Assembly: GCA_003427395.1 (NCBI GenBank)
Contig: BFEA01000036.1
Span: 4,123,214-4,187,213, forward strand
Length of the DNA stretch: 64,000 nt
Reading direction: 5' to 3'
Origin: Chara braunii
Taxonomy: Eukaryota > Plantae > Charophyceae
Every line of letters starts with the position of its first letter. The first letter of the stretch is position 1. Of the stretch, positions 58,687 to 64,000 are shown piece by piece. The position numbers were made by a program, and so were the translations under genes. The notes under the pieces are model-generated. The model was not told the origin of the DNA and did not search any database. It saw only the letters and a list, made by a program, of their open reading frames with translations.

Positions 58687-58766
<80 letters not shown>
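58687..58766. repeat. (GA)n microsatellite
   Basis: Direct. Confidence 0.95.
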
Positions 58767-58769
<3 letters not shown>

Positions 58770-60050
58770 CCATCTCTCGCAGAAATGAGACAGAGTGCAG
58801 AGTCCCCTCACCCCCTCACACACGTCAAGCAAGCAAAAGTGCATCGGCAAAGGAGCACTCACTACAGACCAACCAGGGTCTCCTTTCTTTTCCTCCCGGA
58901 TACGCAACAGCTTCTACCTGACAATATCAAACTAAAAGCACCCGGTTGTGCTACTCTCCAACCGCCGAAATTCTTAATGAATCAGAACAGGAAATCTGAC
59001 CCGATGCATTCAAAACCACGCCGGATGGCGTTAGGCCCTAAAAGGGGCATGGCGACTCGTCCGGTTCAACGAGAATTCCAACTCCCAGCGTACTCACACT
59101 ACCATCTTCCCCCGGCACAACACAGCCTCATAACGATCGTATCCGACCAGGATAGCTTGTGTACACTCGTCATCACGGTGCATTGTGTTCAGGGGAAGAC
59201 AGTAGGACCTGAATGTATCTGACCGCAATTCTAGAACAAGTTAACAAAAGTTCTAGTATGAGTATGCCCTCAGGTTCCTACATAATTAGTTGAAAGCTGG
59301 TGTTCGATTCAGCTGCGCCGGGACAACCAAGTGATAATTTGATAAAAGACGTCACCCCCCCCCGGCCCCCACAAAAAAAAAGGGCTGTGCAGCACACCAA
59401 ACGTGTTTTGGGGGGTTTGCATTGGTATGCTACTATGCACCTTGTTGCATCACTGTCCATTTTGCACCGTGACAGTACACCCACAATGGGGCAGGCCGCC
59501 ATCCATATTTCGCGCCTCGGGCCTACCCGACCACAACGAGTGAAGGCAATTGTACTCACATGCTCACGTGCAAAGGGATCCCTATTGAACACTGAATAAT
59601 ACCAACATCATGCTATTGTACAGATCGCTACCGAAGACTGGACATTGGTTACAACCTTACCCCAAATAGACCGTACGACAGAGTCATTGACCCTGTATCT
59701 AGACTGAAAGTTGTCCCAAATACAGGACCTGGTATAATGATCGTACGTTTTATTCCGGGAAGGCAGTGGTTCCAGCTCGGAAGAGAGAACAACTCTCTCT
59801 CTCTCTTTATTTTTGTTATTTTTATTTTTTTTAACGAGATAACAACTCTCAATTCCTATTTGGGAAAGAGATTAAGAGGGATTTCCTGGATGTAGCTGAC
59901 CTCAATTACAGCCAGACCTGGTTGAATCTGACTACAATCATGTCCAGAGCGTAGTAGACAAAGTCCTTACGATGAATCCATCAACCACCAGTAACCCTAA
60001 ACCCTAACCCCTCATTCTTTTTTTTTTTTTTTTTTTTTTTATTATTATTT

Positions 60051-60143
60051 TTTAGACCATTTCTCGATTTATGTGTGTCATCCTTGCGCGGGGGCCATGC
60101 TAATCTTCCTTCTCTGTATTTTAACGGATGTCCCGGAGGACAC
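60051..60143 (-). pseudogene. U6: U6 snRNA retrocopy with poly(A) tail
   Basis: GTGTCCTCCGGGACATCCGTTAAAATACAGAGAAGGAAGATTAGCATGGCCCCCGCGCAAGGATGACACACATAAATCGAGAAATGGTCTAAA: plant-type U6 with a ~9-nt deletion, a GAAG duplication, and an A-rich tail to 60018. Confidence 0.95.
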
Positions 60144-60833
60144 TCTAACCCTATTTGGTGGGGACCACCACCTGTGTGTCATCAGATTGACGGTTTGCGC
60201 AAAAGACTTGCGGAAAGATGTGGGCACGGAATATTTTCTTTTTTCGCCTCGCACCGCCAGCCATTTTGGTCCACTGAGCCGACCCCCTGTTCATGCGGCA
60301 GGTTAACCGCCACGTCCCCCCCAACAGAATAGCTGGGAAGGGGGGACTGGCGGTTTAGGACTCCGAAACTCCACCATTTCCTGCTTTGCCTTTAGTTTGC
60401 CCTCTTAAACTAGCATGATGGGTATCGCAAAGAGGAACCTTGTTTGATAAGGGTTCTTTTTTCCTTTCAATGGCAAGCCCCAGATCATAGCCTCCCATGC
60501 CATTTCATCATTGGCCCCACAATGATCTCCTTGTCCAACTGAAAAGGCCAAATTCTGATTGCAAATGTCTTGTCCAAACTTGCTAAATGGTGTGGTGACC
60601 GGAGTTGACGACAGAACCCTACCGTCCCCCCCAAACATAACGCACATGTGATGTGTTCGTGTTTTCCAAAAACAAAAAAAAAATCAAAAATTTGAATCGA
60701 GCGCATATTATGCATTGTATTCAAATTAGGGCTGTTCGAATAGAACACATACGCATTGTATTCGAATAAAAGTCACCCATGAGTTGTATAGAACGCATGT
60801 GTTATGTTTGGGAGACGACGATAATCAAATACA

Positions 60834-60890
60834 GCATAAATGTGCACAAAGCATGTCAGCAAACTCCATCTTGCATTGGGGTGACAGAGG

Positions 60891-60953
<63 letters not shown>

Positions 60954-61012
60954 TGCATAAATGTGCACAAAGTATGTCAGAAAACTCCATCTTGCATTGG
61001 GGTGGCAGAGGT

Positions 61013-61067
<55 letters not shown>

Positions 61068-61068
61068 N

Positions 61069-61150
<82 letters not shown>
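60834..61150. repeat. Tandem duplication of a 60-bp unit plus (TC)n
   Basis: gcataaatgtgcacaaag.atgtcag.aaactccatcttgcattggggtg.cagaggtatc-(TC)n occurs twice. Confidence 0.9.
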
Positions 61151-61152
<2 letters not shown>

Positions 61153-61972
61153 CAGCGTGTATCCACACATCAGTCTTTTCTTTTCTTTTCTTTTCTTTTC
61201 TTTTCGTGCATCTGCAATCACCGCACTTGGCTGCGCACTTCATCTACGCTCCGCAAGTATGATATATTTTCAAAATATTTTCACTGGATCATCAGGGGCA
61301 AGGTCCCACTAGCAAAGAGCATTGGATTGAACGCCTGAATCTGATCGTGTTTGTGGAAAAGTGCAGAAAAATTCGAGATTGGATTGGTTTTCTGCATCTC
61401 TGCTTAAAACACGCCCATACAGAACTTCCGTGTGCACCATACGCAACCAGGAGAAGAGGAAGAGGACGACAATCAAGCAGGCGCCTTGTTTGATAGACTG
61501 TTTCGTTGATGTTTCATTGGAGTTTCGTTGACTTTTAACTTATAATTTTCATTTTTTATTTTTTTCCCAACTTTTTCGTGAAGTAGTTTCATCAACATAC
61601 GGCTCACCAACTTATATGAGTTCGACGATGTATCATATATCGTAGTATTATATTATATGCACATTTAAATAAAACATATATAGATCGCCGTAGATATATG
61701 GTAGTATTATATTAAATTATATGCACATTTAATGATTTAAATAAAACAAATATAGATCGACGTCGAGAACTTCCTAGTAAGTGGTAGGCAGAAAGGTAAA
61801 AGAGGGCAAGAAACCTTTTTTTTTGTGTGACAGGCTGTTTCTTCGGAGTTTCACTGACAGACTCGTGAGGAGGATGAACCCTTATTTTCTGCAGAGTCCC
61901 ATATATAGTTACGATCATTCACTATTTACTATTTACAAACAAGTTGGAAATTCAATAAAATTATTAAAATAA

Positions 61973-62612
61973 CTAGGCTACCAGCCGGGCGGCCCGGGTC
62001 ACCCTATTTTCCCGTGCAGCACGGCCGTACAAGGACCAGGGAAGGTCCCAGCCAAAAAAAATTAAAAAAAAATCCAAAAAATCCGAAAAANAACTATGTT
62101 ATGCAAAAAAATAAACTGAACAACTTTTGCCTGAGGGTCACATCGAAATTCTTTACCGAATTTACGGTTTTTTTTTTTTTCTTTACCGAATTTACGGTTT
62201 TTTTTTTNNNNNNNNNNNNNNNNNNNNNNNNNNNNNNNNNNNNNNNNNNNNNNNNNNNNNNNNNNNNNNNNNNNNNNNNNNNNNNNNNNNNNNNNNNNNN
62301 NNNNNNNNNNNNNNNNNNNNNNNNNNNNNNNNNNNNNNNNNNNNNNNNNNNNNNNNNNNNNNNNNNNNNNNNNNNNNNNNNNNNNNNNNNNNNNNNNNNN
62401 NNNNNNNNNNNNNNNNNNNNNNNNNNNNNNNNNNNNNNNNNNNNNNNNNNNNNNNNNNNNNNNNNNNNNNNNNNNNNNNNNNNNNNNNNNNNNNNNNNNN
62501 NNNNNNNNNNNNNNNNNNNNNNNNNNNNNNNNNNNNNNNNNNNNNNNTTTTTTTTTTTAATTTCATTTTGGCCCGGCCGGGCAAGTGGACCCGGGCCACT
62601 CTGGTAGCCTAG
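61973..62612. mobile_element. Non-autonomous DNA transposon with 8-bp TSD (hAT-like)
   Basis: Perfect TIR CTAGGCTACCAG/CTGGTAGCCTAG; TSD TAAAATAA (61965-61972 and 62613-62620); spans a gap. Confidence 0.85.
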
Positions 62613-63564
62613 TAAAATAACGATTAAAATTAATTTATTCTTGAGAAAAAGCTCGCAAAAAGATTACCAAACCACCATTGAGTCCTCAAGGGCAGAGTAA
62701 CATCAGTCTAGCTACTAGGTTCACGACATCGTCATCATCTTCCTCCCACCACCCACCCACACACACACACACCAAAAAAAAAAAAAAAAAAACATCTTCC
62801 ACAAAAGAGAATTATTATCCCGCAGCACATCTCTGTAGAGATAAAGCAGCACTCCCAGTCAAGATAAAGGAGGGCCTTAATAATAATGGTTTTTTTTTTT
62901 TTTTTTTTAAAGGAACAGAACTTCAAAGAAGGCAGAAAATTGATACCACTTCCTAAAAAACAAAAACAACAAAACAAAAAAAGCTGCAACCATTGGGTTC
63001 AGTGCAAGTCACGAGGTTATATCTACAGCTCAATATATAAATATATATATATAAATAATATAATATATGTGTCAAATTCTCAATCAAGATCTTCCATATA
63101 TTTTCTATTATTAGCATCATTGCTACATCCCTCAAGCCTCAACATATTCTTACGTCAATCACGGAAGTACGCTGCAAAACAAGATGAAGAAAATGAAGTG
63201 AAGCGCAAGTAAAAAAAAATCAGGCGAAAGTCAGAAAGAAAAAAAAACTGCCGAATCGATGTCTGTTGTTTCTTTTTTTTCCCCCTTCCCCTTGCCAGTC
63301 GGAGTGTCAGTCAGGTACAGCAGGAGCTGCCTACCACACATGCCTCATCAATTTTTTTTTTATTATTTTTTTTTTTTAAATGCTCACTTCTGCCAAAGGG
63401 AACCCAAAAACGGTAACAATGGTAGGCAGCAAGGAAAGGAGCATTATGTAATGTGGATCCTTTTCTGTTCTAAAAAAAAAAACAAAGGGACCATTGAGAA
63501 ACGGAAAAAACAAAGGAAAAGGAATCATTGAGAGACGACACCAGATCCTCTTCTTCTTAAGAGG

Positions 63565-63598
<34 letters not shown>

Positions 63599-63930
63599 GG
63601 ATCTTCATGTTTCGGATTTGCCGTATCTCACTTCCTAGTGGACTTAGGGACAACTGCCCAATAAGTCGTACGCTGAGGTCAACCGCTGACCGGGAGCTGT
63701 CCAATAAATAAGTTTGTACCGGCTGGGTTTGAAGTCCGAACCCTGGGCAGTACAACCTTGCTTACCCACCCGTGGTGCAGTCCTATACATACATTCAGGG
63801 CAACAGGCCCCATAATTTGCATGTGAGTTCTATATTTGTTGTTTTTTATTACTCAGAAAGAGAGGGATTGTTTTTTTTTTTCTTCTTTTCAATTTTCTGT
63901 AAAAACACCCACATGCAAACAGACAAACAG

Positions 63931-63934
<4 letters not shown>

Positions 63935-63999
<65 letters not shown>
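63935..63999. repeat. (GA)n microsatellite
   Basis: Direct. Confidence 0.95.

Positions 64000-64000
<1 letters not shown>

Overview
Repeat-dense eukaryotic (green-lineage) draft-assembly window with N gaps. I found no intact host gene. The plant-type U6 sequence and the transposon style suggest a streptophyte alga such as Chara (inference only). Main contents: (1) a complete but decayed chromodomain-bearing Ty3/Gypsy element (15105-24777, minus strand) with PBS, PPT, a 4-bp TSD, a -1 gag/pol frameshift signal, and an ~800-bp inversion inside one LTR; (2) a related LTR plus PBS at 1766-2840; (3) a full-length L1/Tx1-type LINE with a 14-bp TSD (41479-48895, minus), a second near-complete ORF2 (33250-37674), and many LINE fragments or 3' tails that share a conserved stem-loop; (4) tRNA-derived SINEs, several MITE families, and microsatellites; (5) a polyadenylated U6 retrocopy and a U2 snRNA fragment with an insertion scar at the branch-point helix; (6) two Nextera mate-pair adapter artefacts. 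The most novel candidate is a type III hammerhead ribozyme motif (8153-8208) inside an unclassified, non-coding, A-poor element, possibly retrozyme- or Penelope-like.
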